From Raja brachyura (lineage: Eukaryota), in assembly GCA_963514005.1 (NCBI GenBank), contig OY740785.1:28644001-28708000 (forward strand): a DNA stretch of 64,000 nt, given 5' to 3'. A program made the translations under genes and the position numbers. Positions 24,047 through 36,702 of the stretch are shown here, one piece after another. Positions within the stretch are counted from its first letter, which is position 1. Every line of letters begins with the position of its first letter. The notes below the pieces were generated by a model, which did no database searches, had not been told where the DNA came from, and saw only the letters and a list, made by a program, of their open reading frames with translations.

Positions 24047-26207
24047 GAGAGGGAGGGAGAGAGGGGGTNNNNNNNNNNNNNNNNNNNNNNNNNNNNNNNN
24101 NNNNNNNNNNNNNNNNNNNNNNNNNNNNNNNNNNNNNNNNNNNNNNNNNNNNNNNNNNNNNNNNNNNNNNNNNNNNNNNNNNNNNNNNNNNNNNNNGAGT
24201 GAGAGGGATGAGGGAGAGAGTGAGGGGGAGGAAGAGAGTGAGAGGGGGGGGAGGGGACGGGGGAGAGGGGACGGGGGAGAGGGGACGGGGGAGAGGGGAC
24301 GGGGGAGAGGGGACGGGGGAGAGGGGACGGGGGAGAGGGGACGGNNNNNNNNNNNNNNNNNNNNNNNNNNNNNNNNNNNNNNNNNNNNNNNNNNNNNNNN
24401 NNNNNNNNNNNNNNNNNNNNNNNNNNNNNNNNNNNNNNNNNNNNNNNNNNNNNNNNNNNNNNNNNNNNNNNNNNNNNNNNNNNNNGAGAGGGGAAGGGAG
24501 AGAGGGGAAGGGGAAGGGAGAGAGGGGAAGGGGAAGGGAGAGAGGGGAAGGGGAAGGGAGAGAGGGGAAGGGGAAGGGAGAGAGGGGAAGGGGAAGGGAG
24601 AGAGGGGAAGGGGAAGGGAGAGAGGGGAAGGGGAAGGGAGAGAGGGGAAGGGGAAGGGAGAGAGGGGAAGGGGAAGGGAGAGAGGGGAAGGGGAAGGGAG
24701 AGAGGGGAAGGGGAAGGGAGAGAGGGGAAGGGGAAGGGAGAGAGGGGAAGGGAGAGAGGGGAAGGGGAAGGGAGAGAGGGGAAGGGGAAGGGAGAGAGGG
24801 GAAGGGGAAGGGAGAGAGGGGAAGGGGAAGGGAGAGAGGGGAAGGGGAAGGGAGAGAGGGGAAGGGGAAGGGAGAGAGGGGAAGGGGAAGGGAGAGAGGG
24901 GAAGGGGAAGGGAGAGAGGGGAAGGGGAAGGGAGAGAGGGGAAGGGGAAGGGAGAGAGGGGAAGGGGAAGGGAGAGAGGGGAAGGGGAAGGGAGAGAGGG
25001 GAAGGGGAAGGGAGAGAGGGGAAGGGGAAGGGAGAGAGGGGAAGGGGAAGGGAGAGAGGGGAAGGGGAAGGGAGAGAGGGGAAGGGGAAGGGAGAGAGGG
25101 GAAGGGGAAGGGAGAGAGGGGAAGGGGAAGGGAGAGAGGGGAAGGGGAAGGGAGAGAGGGGAAGGGGAAGGGAGAGAGGGGAAGGGGAAGGGAGAGAGGG
25201 GAAGGGGAAGGGAGAGAGGGGAAGGGGAAGGGAGAGAGGGGAAGGGGAAGGGAGAGAGGGGAAGGGGAAGGGAGAGAGGGGAAGGGGAAGGGAGAGAGGG
25301 GAAGGGGAAGGGAGAGAGGGGAAGGGGAAGGGAGAGAGGGGAAGGGGAAGGGAGAGAGGGGAAGGGGAAGGGAGAGAGGGGAAGGGGAAGGGAGCGAGGG
25401 GAAGGGGAAGGGAGCGAGGGGAAGGGGAAGGGAGCGAGGGGAAGGGGAAGGGAGCGAGGGGAAGGGGAAGGGAGCGAGGGGAAGGGGGAGGGAGCGAGGG
25501 GAAGGGGGAGGGAGCGAGGGGAAGGGGGAGGGAGCGAGGGGAAGGGGGAGGGAGCGAGGGGAAGGGGGAGGGAGCGAGGGGAAGGGGGAGGGAGCGAGGG
25601 GAAGGGGAGGGAGCGAGGGGAAGGGGGAGGGAGAGAGGGGAAGGGGAAGGGAGAGAGGGGAAGGGGAAGGGAGAGAGGGGAAGGGGAAGGGAGAGAGGGG
25701 AAGGGGAAGGGAGAGAGGGGAAGGGGAAGGGAGAGAGGGGAAGGGGAAGGGAGAGAGGGGAAGGGGAAGGGAGAGAGGGGAAGGGGAAGGGAGAGAGGGG
25801 AAGGGGAAGGGAGAGAGGGGAAGGGGAAGGGAGAGAGGGGAAGGGGAAGGGAGAGAGGGGAAGGGGAAGGGAGAGAGGGGAAGGGGAAGGGAGAGAGGGG
25901 AAGGGAGAGAGGGGAAGGGGAAGGGAGAGAGGGGAAGGGGAAGGGAGAGAGGGGAAGGGGAAGGGAGAGAGGGGAAGGGGAAGGGAGAGAGGGGAAGGGG
26001 AAGGGAGAGAGGGGAAGGGGAAGGGAGAGAGGGGAAGGGGAAGGGAGAGAGGGGAAGGGGAAGGGAGAGAGGGGAAGGGGAAGGGAGAGAGGGGAAGGGA
26101 GAGAGGGGAAGGGGAAGGGAGAGAGGGGAAGGGGAAGGGAGAGAGGGGAAGGGGAAGGGAGAGAGGGGAAGGGGAAGGGAGAGAGGGGAAGGGGAAGGGA
26201 GAGAGGG
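24047..26207. repeat. Polypurine minisatellite, mainly (GGGAAGGGGAAGGGAGAGAG)n, with two N gaps
   Basis: 20-bp unit from 24486 to 26207; 14-bp GGGGACGGGGGAGA unit at 24250-24345; central GAGCGAG variant block. Confidence 0.97.
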
Positions 26208-26319
26208 TCCAAGTCAGTGTGGCACCCCGGAGCAGGAGCTGTTCACGGGTCACCCTCACGGGGGAAGAACGCTACCCTGCCGTCAATTAGCTCCCCCCCC
26301 CTCCCCACACTACCAACAC

Positions 26320-26545
26320 GCAGCGGCACGGTGGCGCAGTGGTAGAGTCACTGCCTCACAGCGCCAGAGACCCGGGTTCTGACTGTACGGAGTTTGTACC
26401 CGCTTGGGTTTTCTCCGGGGGCTCTGGTTTCCTCCCACACTCCACGTTTGCAGGTTAATTGAATATGTCCCAAGTGCGTGTAGGCTAGTGCATGGAGCAT
26501 CGCTTCAATGGGCCGAAGGGGCCGTTTCCGCGCTGTATCTCTAAA
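26320..26545 (+). mobile_element. tRNA-derived SINE with internal deletions
   Basis: gcggcacggtggcgcagtggtagag...gacccgggttc head; gggccgaagggcc...gctgtatctctaaa end. Confidence 0.8.
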
Positions 26546-26599
26546 GCTGCGCTACCACAAAACCCGCTAAATAGCCCGCTGCACGGACCGTGTAAGAGC

Positions 26600-26668
26600 T
26601 TGCTGCGGGCCGGATAAAGTCTGGTGGTGGGCCGGATGTGGCCCGCGGGCCATAGTTTGGAGACCCCT
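26600..26668 (+). mobile_element. Isolated right end of a hAT/Charlie-like element
   Basis: gggccggat-tggcccgcgggccatagtttggagacccct is a typical hAT MITE terminus. Confidence 0.55.
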
Positions 26669-27829
26669 TCTTTAGAGCTTAAAATAATAGAAATTGTATG
26701 ATTGAAATATTGTTCAACAGGGAACATGGAGATATGTTGTTTCCTTGGTTAAGGTACCCAGGACTAGGTGTCATAGCTTCAAAACAAACATCAGCCATTC
26801 AGGACAGACGAGAAGAAAATTCACCACCGAGAAGTACAACTTTAAAAATTGTCTAACCCTCATGGCTGTAGAGGTCAATGGTAAAATTGGCTTTAGGAAC
26901 TGAAAAGCTTATTCCTACTTCAACTTATGCAACTATGTGATGCAATGCTCTCCAATTACTTGATCAAGTATAGCGATGAGATCGACATCATCCAGGACAA
27001 AGCACTTCTCTTCCTTGGAACCCTACTCACCATTGCAAACATTCATTCTTCCACCATCAATGCATTGTGACAGCAGAATATGTATCATTCACAAATGTTC
27101 TGCAGTTATTAGTCTAGGCTGTTCCATAAGCAGTATCGCCCAAACAAGAGATCACCACGTGCTAACTGTGTGCATGGCACACCATTCTTACTGAGAAATC
27201 TATCACCCTTTGTAAATTATTGTATTAAACGCTAGCATAACATCCCCAATTTTATTGACTGTCACAAGCATGACCTCAGCTGTTCAAATATAGCTCAATC
27301 ATTTTCAAGGACAATTAGAGTTAGGCAATAAATGTTGGCCTTGCCTATGACGCTCACATCTAAAACATTAAACTCAATTATTAAAAACCTCATACTACAA
27401 GATCTACTTTACTGCTTTTGAAATTGAATGAGTTAAATGGATCCCATAACACCAGGAACTGGAACACTTTATGGTGACCACTATAATCTACACAGCAAAG
27501 TTTTAACTGGCTCAAAAACGTCTCATCACATACTTTACATTAATAAACATGCACACACTTGTCCAGCCCTATCACTTTTTCTCCCATCATGTATAACAAT
27601 AAAACTAAATGTCTAAAACAGTTTATTCTTTTGTTATTGTTATTCTTTTGCTAAAGTGCGACCTTTTGTAACTAATTCAATTATGCCACAGAAATTTAAT
27701 TGCAAAATGTATTCTGAACATGTATAATTTCAATAGTAAGTACATTTTTGTGCGGCAACTCCCAGAAAAAAACATTTTACTAATGTTGCCACTAACTCTT
27801 CCACCAATCTATGCTGTCACATTTATGAA

Positions 27830-28040
27830 CCTGAAGGACAACATTTTCTATACACAGTGGGCATGTGGAATGAGCTGCCAGGTGATAGTTGAGACAGGTA
27901 ATATAACAACATTTAAAATACATTTAGACAGGTGCATGGATAGGAAAGGTTTAGAAGAATATGGGTTAAAATGCGGGCAGGTGGGACTAGTACCGATGGG
28001 GGTCAGCACAGGGAAGTTGAGGCAGAGGGCTTGTTTTGTG
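27830..28040 (+). mobile_element. CR1-like LINE 3' end, decayed
   Basis: Translates to TTFKIHLDRCMDRKGLEEYG, similar to the 52.4 kb copy. Confidence 0.7.
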
Positions 28041-31000
28041 CTGTACGACTATAAGATGTCAAAGTTTGTTTTCTCTGCCCTGACTCATGAAGGCAAGGAT
28101 GCCACATGCCTTCTTCACCAGCCTATCTTCTTGTATTGCCACTTAAGGAATTACAGTCTTGATCCCCAAAGTATACCTATTCATCAACATTCCTGAGCGC
28201 TGTACATGTTATTGTATATGTATGTCCTACCTATATTTAAGTTTGCAAACTCCATCGTCTCTCACTTGTTGGGATAAAATCCCATTTGATAACATTCCAC
28301 CCAATTTTCCTGATCTATATCCTGCTGTCGCCTTAGATAATCTCTCTTGCTATACACACCAGCAACTTGTGTAATTGACAAACTGCAGTAAAAAAAAAAT
28401 CCTTCCAGCACAGCCCTGTCTCCTACCAACTTTAGATCCAGTTTGTCAACATGCCTCAAAGATTCCTTGCACCTTAATCTTCTGGACCAGACTACTTTGC
28501 AGGACCTTGTCAAATGCCTTACTGATGTTCAAATGAACAACATCTACTGCCCTGTTCTCAATGTTTTTAAAGTTACCTCCTTTTAAGTGGTATGCAAGCT
28601 GTGGTCTGACTAGCACTGTGCAGTCATAGCATATTTTCCCTGCTCTTATATTCTGTTTTGGCTAGTGAAAGCATGATTTCATTAACCAAAGCTCTTTATC
28701 TTACTGACCTCCTCTGCTACTTTTAATTATAAATGGAAACACATCCAATGTTCCTCCACACTACTCAATTTCCTTCCAGTTCTCTGTACATTTGTTCATC
28801 AATCATTCACCTGGGGCATTTAGAAGTAAATTCATAATCCTGACCCAGAATTTAATGAGCAAGTTTGATAAATGCAACCTAAGCAGTCACACAAGAGAGT
28901 GGCCAATATAATGATACAACATAGATTGACCACGAATTTAACACCAGCAGTGTAAAAAAATGTTCAATATATACAACTATAAAAATTAATGGAAGCATAA
29001 AAACATAAAATGCCAATATCTTGGATTTTGAGGAGGGTCAAATGGAATAGTAAAGAATGGTACTCGTGGCAATAGAAATAACCATCAATTGTAAAAGTGA
29101 CTGAAAACTTCAACAGCATGGAAGAGAGAACTGTAGGCAGAATCTGAGGGGTGAGAATGTTTAATGTTTCTTTAGAACAATAAGATCAAACATATTGTAT
29201 GAATTGGGTTTGATGTAGGTTGGATAAAGGTGATGCCTCCCATGACCCAAAACATACCAATTTACCAACTATATGAAAGAAAATGTGAGGGGTAAATTAA
29301 CAATGTAGTTATTTGGCTGCAGAGACAAAGGATTCTAGATATTGATGAAGTAAAATGGAAATAAATTGTATTTTGTCCTGATAACAAAAGAAAAGCACAA
29401 AAAAGCAGTACATAAGAACATAGTAGTAGGCCATCGTGCCCCTCAAGTTTGCGCTGATTCAATAGAAAATAATGACGGATCCATGCGGACCTAAATTCCT
29501 TTTCTATCCCCATTACCCTCAATCCTTAATTTCCACCTTAAATATATTTAATGATCTGGCTTTTGTCAGCCTTAGAAGCAACGAATTCCTGATATTCACA
29601 ATCCACAGAGGAACTTTTACCTCACATCAATTTTAAATGATAGGTGCCTTATTTTACAAATATGTCCCTGTATTGGTGACTTTACCACTAGAGAAAACAT
29701 ATCAACACCTGTCTGTCAAACCCTCTGTATCTTGCATGTTTGAAAAAGGATTTCCTCACTTTTCTAAATTTCAAGAAATATACTCATACAGGAAAGAAAC
29801 ATGAAAATAATAAAATGAGAATTTGAAGTGTAAGAAATAATTGACTACAGTAAAAAGGACTGATGGGGTCAGATGGAAAATCATTGAACAGTCTTAATCT
29901 GTTTTAAAAAACACATCAGCCCAATTTCATGTCTGCAATAATTCTCAAAAATGTGAATTTACTTATAAACGGGCAAAAAAAGTCTAGTGTTATTCAAAAA
30001 TTCTTCAAATTTATTTCAAAATTCAGGATTGCAAAATGTAAAAAACAAGCATTTCCCCAAAGTTTTCATGCTAATAGTATTTCAAGAAGCAAACATCCAA
30101 AAAAGATGTTCTGATAAGGTGATTTGATTGGTTACTTATAAATGGAAACTAACTTTATTTATTTAACACAGTACAATGTGGAAAATAATGAAGAAACTCC
30201 AATCTTATAACTGTTATAACGCTGTGTACACAGTACATGCGAATGATTCAGATAACTGATGAAACCAGTGTGTTTCAGTTTCAACTGATAGGTTGTAATG
30301 CAAGACAGCTTCATGTAGACTATGCAAATGTATAACTGTATGTACCACACTATTCATACACAGGACATTTAATAATTTTGAACTTTGCATTGTAGGCTTT
30401 GTCTGAAAATGGGTGTGATGTTAAATAATACATGGCTTGATACCCCAGCAAAAAAAGCTATTCTGGAGGCTATTAATTCAAATGACTAAAACATTTTCAA
30501 TTTTACTTTGGAGTTCAAATCTTCAATTTTGCTGCAAATCACAGGAAAATGAACACCTGCAAAACTATACAAGCTAACATTCCTACATTTTTACAAAAAG
30601 ATGACCCTGACCAAAAATGTTTGCTGCACATGAAGGCTAAATTAAAATGGGAAAGGTTAAAAATAAACAATGATTATTAATAGCCCAGATACCATTACTC
30701 TTGCACTCAATTCAAGAATCAAGGGAACAAGCAAATTGCACAAGCTACTTGATCAATTGCATCTCAGTTCAGTCAACCTTTCAATAGGTCAACAAGCCCG
30801 CTATCATTTGTAACTGCTATTATAGAAATCAAATCTATGAATAAAATTCACCTAACAATTTTGGTCGTCGTACATTTATAGCAGTACATGTTTAAACCAT
30901 AGTGGGTCTGCGTGAAGTTCAACTACTTGAATTAAGAGAAGTTCCAATCTGAATCAGCATATTTTGTTCTTGCAATCCCATCATAATTTTCCATTGTAAG

Positions 31001-34000
31001 ATATACTTATCTCACCGAAATATAGCAAGGAACTACATCAACCACCACGTATCTATTTTTACACTTATCAAGATCTAATCTATCTATATTCCCACAAATC
31101 TCCCCAGGTTTAATCATGCATCTCAATTTCCACCACTCATGAAAGCATATTCATGTCACTTCCAAGCTGGCCACTTACCAGTATCTATTCAACTGGTTGC
31201 CCATAAAACAACTGACAGATCAGTCAATGTGGATATCAAGTCCATCAAATCCAGTTCTGCCCTCAGATGGTGCAAAGATTCTAATTACCGAGGATAACGG
31301 CAACAGTAATCAGAAGCAGAAACTCTGCTCCATGCTGAGAATAACTGTACTTGCTCAAGACATGCAAATAGAGTTCAATCAACAATCACTGAAATTGAAT
31401 TCAGCAGTTTAGTGAAGTGATTTATTAATGAAAACAAATGGAAACATGGAATGCAACTGAATGGCACTTGCATTTTGCATTGAATTTTCAGGCTGAATAA
31501 AGTTCACTTGCAAATCAAGACTATTATTAGCTTTCTATATTGCTCAACAATTAAAGCACAGAAGCACATCTGTGATCAGCTATTTTTCACATGGGCAGTC
31601 AAGGCAAGGCAATGGAGGCAAGTGCTCCTGGGAATTAGAACCGATTCCACTGCCAGCAGCAAATTATACAAAAGCATGTGGAACCACCTGATTACTTCAT
31701 TGTTATACTTAGAGCATAGTAGCAACAGGTTTTGGGCTGGTATGTAAAGTATTAAGTTTAATCAAGACAATGTCAATACTGCTAGATTACACATTTCTCA
31801 TTTGTGTGTAACTTGTACACGAGTGGAAAAAGCCAAATTGGAGTGGAGTGACATTATTAAGAAGGGAAACTAACAAACAAAATATCTCGGTATCAGTGGA
31901 CCTGCACTTCATTAGCATGCTTTGACAATACACAAATAATTTGGTGTCATGTCATGCACTAAAACCTACATCTAAATGTGACAGAATTGTTAAGGTCTAC
32001 TATAATGAAAAGTGGTAGGGGCCTCATATCTGCAAATATAAAAGACACACACTGAAGACAAAGGCCATTTAATTTTACATTAAGCTTTAGAACCCCCCCC
32101 CCCCCCACACACACACACACACACATAAAGTCTAATCCTACCAAAGCATTGGGGACATTTGTAAATGTATAAATGGTCTGAAAGGAAATATCCTATTTTA
32201 GTGTTTTGCTACATTCTACATCCACCAGATCATTCTGAACATCCACATTTTTGGTTATAATTAAGCAAATGTTTCTGGCCTCAAGTATACTACATGATGG
32301 TCTAATATCATAACTAGCTTGGAGAAATTAATAATAATGTTTAATATTAAATTTACTTGAAGTGCTAACTGCAAAAGCAAATGTCTTTAATTTCCTAATT
32401 GCTCCAAGCCATGATGATCTCACTGTTGGTAATATTCTATTACAGAAAATAGGTTAAAAATCTGTTCCCTATTGGTTTTTGTAATTGTTTTTTTTAAAGG
32501 AGGCACGCATTCATGCAAGGCTGCCTCAGATAATTAGTGTTGCACTTAAAAACAATTCTGTGCAAAGATCAGCAACAGTCAAGTCCTAAACCTAAGGTGG
32601 AGAACATGGCAACATTTGGAATGAAGGACACCATCATAGAAAATGCAATCTTTATGAACAAAGAGATAGATGGAGAAGTACCCAGAAAATTAAAAAAAGT
32701 CTTCAGTAGGGCAGCAAATTTTTGGGAACCTATATTTTTGGTACATCTTAAATGACCTCAACAACATGGACACACTGACACGGCTCTTCACCTCTCAATA
32801 AACTATTCTGCACTCGTTGATATTGAAAGGGAATTATGTAAAGGTAACCATCTATAATGATAACCAGTCTTATGTCCACTCCATCGCTAATTTGGCATAC
32901 ATGCCAATAACAGCATTCCATTGTAATATTAATGTTTTGAAAATTTAAGCATAAACATATTTTAAAAATGCTGCATCTTTAAAACATGAACTCTATGGAT
33001 ATGACCATGAATAAAATAGGAATTTCTGCATGTGATTCCGGCTGAAAATCAATCAGCATGGACTTCATTGAAATGGCCAACTTCTGTTCCATAATATGCC
33101 CTATCTCTAATCTAAAAATATTATGAACTAATAACCTAGGACTTCATGCAGATCCAACTATAATTTGGCCACAAAGGCAGAAAGTTTGAGCGAAAAATTA
33201 TGTCCCGTATTAGTATTACTCCCACCTAACTTTGCAGAAGGGACCAGAATGATACCAACTACATTAAATTTGATGGGCATGTCTTCCCCACCATTAAGAG
33301 AAATGTTGTTAGAACATCTATTACATTTAGTAAATAAAAAAGTACAAAGTGAATGGTTGGGGAATGTCTTTTGGGATGTTTCATCAAATTACATTTCCCA
33401 TTTAACAAGTAGCTGGTTAAGTAATCTCAGCGGGCATTAAGATTCAAACTTTTAATATGTGACACTGGAACCATGTGAAAGCCAAACAGATTATCTCTCC
33501 TTTTGGGTGTAAACCATTTGCCTGTTTAATAATGATCTGGCAGTTTGTGCTTTACGGCTGGACAATTATCAGATTTTTTGAAGCACATTCTGACAGGATA
33601 GGAAAGTGACTTTTGGTTAAAGGTTTAAATCCCACCATGGCAAATCGTGGAACTGAATCACTGAGTGCAACTTTTGAGGGAACTGAATCAGAGGGTAATT
33701 ACATTTAAAACACATTTACTATTCTATTCTGCCCCTCACAACAGTATCATCTCCAAGCTCACAACCTGGTTGCGCTCACCGTTTGTGTTTTTATTTTAAT
33801 AACTGATGTTTACTGAGACTCACTGTTGATGATGAATGATACCATTTTGTTGTAGTTTTGAAATGGAAAACAAACATTAAGATCAACTATCCTTCCGCAG
33901 AATAAATGCCTATAATCAAAAATGTTGCAGGAATCTCAAGTTTGTCAATTTACTTTTTGCCAAGACTAAAATTAAGCTATCTACTGCACTAGTCCATTGG

Positions 34001-35196
34001 GAAAACAGTTCACATTTGAAACCGCTGTCTGAATTGAGAAGTTGTCACGGAACCTCGTTTATTTTTTACAAGGGAGGGAGGTGAGAAGGGTGAGAGTTGT
34101 GCCCAAGTTAATTGACGACGCTACGGGGGTCCCAGAAGTCCACAATGTGTAGTACAAAAACAAGTAATGTATGTACTCAACACAAGTACCTGTATCAAAC
34201 TGTCAATTATCGACAGTACGGGGGAGGGGTGCAACAGCAAAATGATCTGCATATACCAAAACGGCACGCGTTATTTAACGCGAGATCGATTATTAAAAAA
34301 AAGTTATAGATTTTGTTACTCGGGTATGTTTGTTTGTTAAGAGTTTTCCTTCTGCAATAAGCAAAGGGAAAGAAGAAACGAACAATACCATATTTTTTCG
34401 GGCATGCTATAAATAGACCTGTGGCAAATTGATGTGACAAGTCTGGGAGTAAACAATTTAAAAATAATTCAAGGTTAAAAGGAGAACACTCGAATCGTTT
34501 TAGTTTTCCAAATTATTCCATGTGATAAGTGCTTGTTTTCTTTTAGAAAAGCAGTTTTTTTTTGGAGGGGGGGAGGGGAGGGGAAGGACTTCTTTTCTCT
34601 GTGCTCATGGGTATATCAGTGTGGCAACATGTCGGTCACACCATTGATTCACATAAAGGTTCACTGCCAAAATGGAGGTTCTAATCCCATGAAGACGACA
34701 TGAAACCGGATCACCCCGACTTCGAGAAGAGGCTTCGTCGACCCAGAATAGACAGAACAATTCAAATCTCGTTACTACATAATAAATCAAAAATGATCTC
34801 TCCCCACCCCCCTCCCCCTCCTCCTTATTTAAAGAAAAAACTCACTTATTTTTGAAAACTTACCACAATGAGGTGTTTTTTAAATGGACGAATGAATATT
34901 GTTTTAGATATTTTTTTAAAAGCCAAGCATGCACAACTGTTTATATATTTTTTCCAAAAAAAAGGACAGGAATAATAGCCCTACCCAGCATACATTTTTT
35001 TTTTAACTGTAAAAAGAGAAAGAGAAATACAAACTGTATAGTATTCACATCCCAGGAGCTGATTTTCCCCCGGAAACAAAAGTTAAAAATTAAAGCAGGT
35101 AGAGAGAAAAGAGAGAAGAGAAAGAGAATGGCAATGTTAAAACTTAATTTTTAAGAATAATTTCAGAATGGTTGAGATATAAGAATGTTACTCGAC

Positions 35197-35291
35197 CTTT
35201 CGTTCCCTGCAAGCTCAGACTCTGTCATATTTAGAACATCATTTTTGTCAACTGGGTTTGGGGGGTTGGAGAAAAGGCTTTCAAAAGCCAT
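35197..35291 (-). CDS. ZC3H6: ZC3H6 coding exon 1 (MAFESLFSNPPNPVDKNDVLNMTESELAGNER)
   Basis: ATG at 35291. MTESELAGNER matches the recalled human ZC3H6 start MTDSEHAGHDR. Ends AG|gtcgag in phase 2, matching exon 2. Confidence 0.88.
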
Positions 35292-35599
35292 TTCCCCCAC
35301 ACAAGCAGTACAAGACTGGAGAGGGTCTCAACAAGAGACGTTGCTGGTGTGACTGTTGATTTAAAAAAAATAAATAAATAAAACCAAATTAAAAAAAATC
35401 TCACGGCAAATTTGATGAAGAGTACAGTATTTTTTCTTTTTTACAAAAAAGAAAAAAACACAAGAGCGTTCAACCTTACGCGAGTTCTTATTTGGTTAAA
35501 ACTGTTTGCGTATTGGTTCTATAGAGTTTGATACCCCTCTTTTTCCGCCGGTTTTGTTCTTGGTGATATTGGTTGGCGAGAGCAACAACAAAAAAAGAA

Positions 35600-36200
35600 A
35601 AGGAAAATTTTCAAACGCTGTGGTTAACTCCTCACAAACATGGCGCTCGATGCTGTGTAAGCGCAGCGACGGTGACAGGGTTCTCTACCGACTTTACACG
35701 GAGGACACGAATGAGCCCCCCGCGCCCAGCCGCAACCTAACCCGCTGGGCTCCAGCTCCCGCCTCCAGCCCGCTCCCACTGGCTGTCCGCCGCCACCCTC
35801 GCCGCCTGATTGGCCGCGGCCCCCATCAATCCTCCCCCTTGACGTGCAGTTCCGGTAGCAGGTTCGGTTGACGGCGACTCTTCTGGAAAAGAAAATAGAG
35901 CCCCCGGGCGCGGACTGATATCGACCGGAGTGATTATAGGCAAAAGGTATGTGGGTGGGGTTAGTGAAGCTTAGGAGGCTTGTTAATACTTTGGTGTTTC
36001 TGCTTTCCCCCTTTTTTACACGCCATATTTTCTCGGCGACCGCCGGGGTTGTGCGTTAGGTATCAGTTTGAGTGGGGGTTAAAAATCCTGCGACGCAGAT
36101 TTGACCGAAAAACCATCCGTCGTGCTGACAAAATGGCGCCGGCAGGAAGCGGCCTGCAGGCAGATTGAAGTCGACGACTTAATTTGCAGCCTGTGCTCCG
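35600..36200. promoter_or_regulatory. CpG-rich bidirectional promoter for ZC3H6 (-) and OARD1 (+)
   Basis: Local CpG/GC enrichment between divergent genes. CCAAT box (ATTGG, ~35809), CRE-like TGACGT (~35840), YY1-like AACATGGCG (~35637) and AAATGGCG (~36131), ETS-like CAGGAAG (~36143). Confidence 0.75.
35860..35946 (+). other. Probable non-coding first exon of OARD1 (start approximate)
   Basis: Strong donor AAG|GTATGT at 35947, just on the plus side of the promoter; the OARD1 ATG exon has an acceptor at 45237 and needs an upstream exon. Confidence 0.5.
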
Positions 36201-36397
36201 ACAACTGGTGTCCAATTGTTTGACCACATGCAAGCAGTCTCTACATATCTCTCGATTCCAGACACAGAACAATTTTTTCATGTTTTAAGTCGTGTTTCTG
36301 CAGCAAAAAAAAGACAAAATAAACGCGCAAAAGACACTTCAATCAATGCTCAAAAACGCACCCATTCCTCAGAGAAAGGAGTGGGAATATTAGAAGA

Positions 36398-36702
36398 AAC
36401 ATAGAAAAATAGGTGCAGGAGTAGGCCATTCGGCCCTTCGAGCCTGCACCGCCATTCAATATGATCATGGCTGATCATCCAACTCAGTATCCCGTACCTG
36501 CCTTCTCTCAATACCCCCTGATCCCTTTAGCCACAAGTGCCACATCTAACGCCCTCTTAAATATAGCCAATGAACTGGCCTCAACTACCTTCTGTGGCAG
36601 AGAGTTCCAGAGACCCACCACTCTCTGTGTAAAGAATGTTTTCCTCATATCGGTCCTAAAGGAATTCCCCCTTATCCTTAGACTGTGACCCCTTGTTCTG
36701 GA
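36398..36702 (-). mobile_element. CR1-like LINE 3' end
   Basis: Near-identical reverse complement of 10950-11258. Confidence 0.9.

Noticed and set aside
23876-26382. Four 700-800 aa ORFs (PLS-rich or GER-rich)
   Set aside because: Stop-free reading of a 20-bp polypurine minisatellite across N gaps; not genes.
1835-35291. Assignment to ZC3H4 or ZC3H8
   Set aside because: The MTESE..R start, FKTFDPTASPFC end and overall layout fit ZC3H6; it is far too long for ZC3H8.
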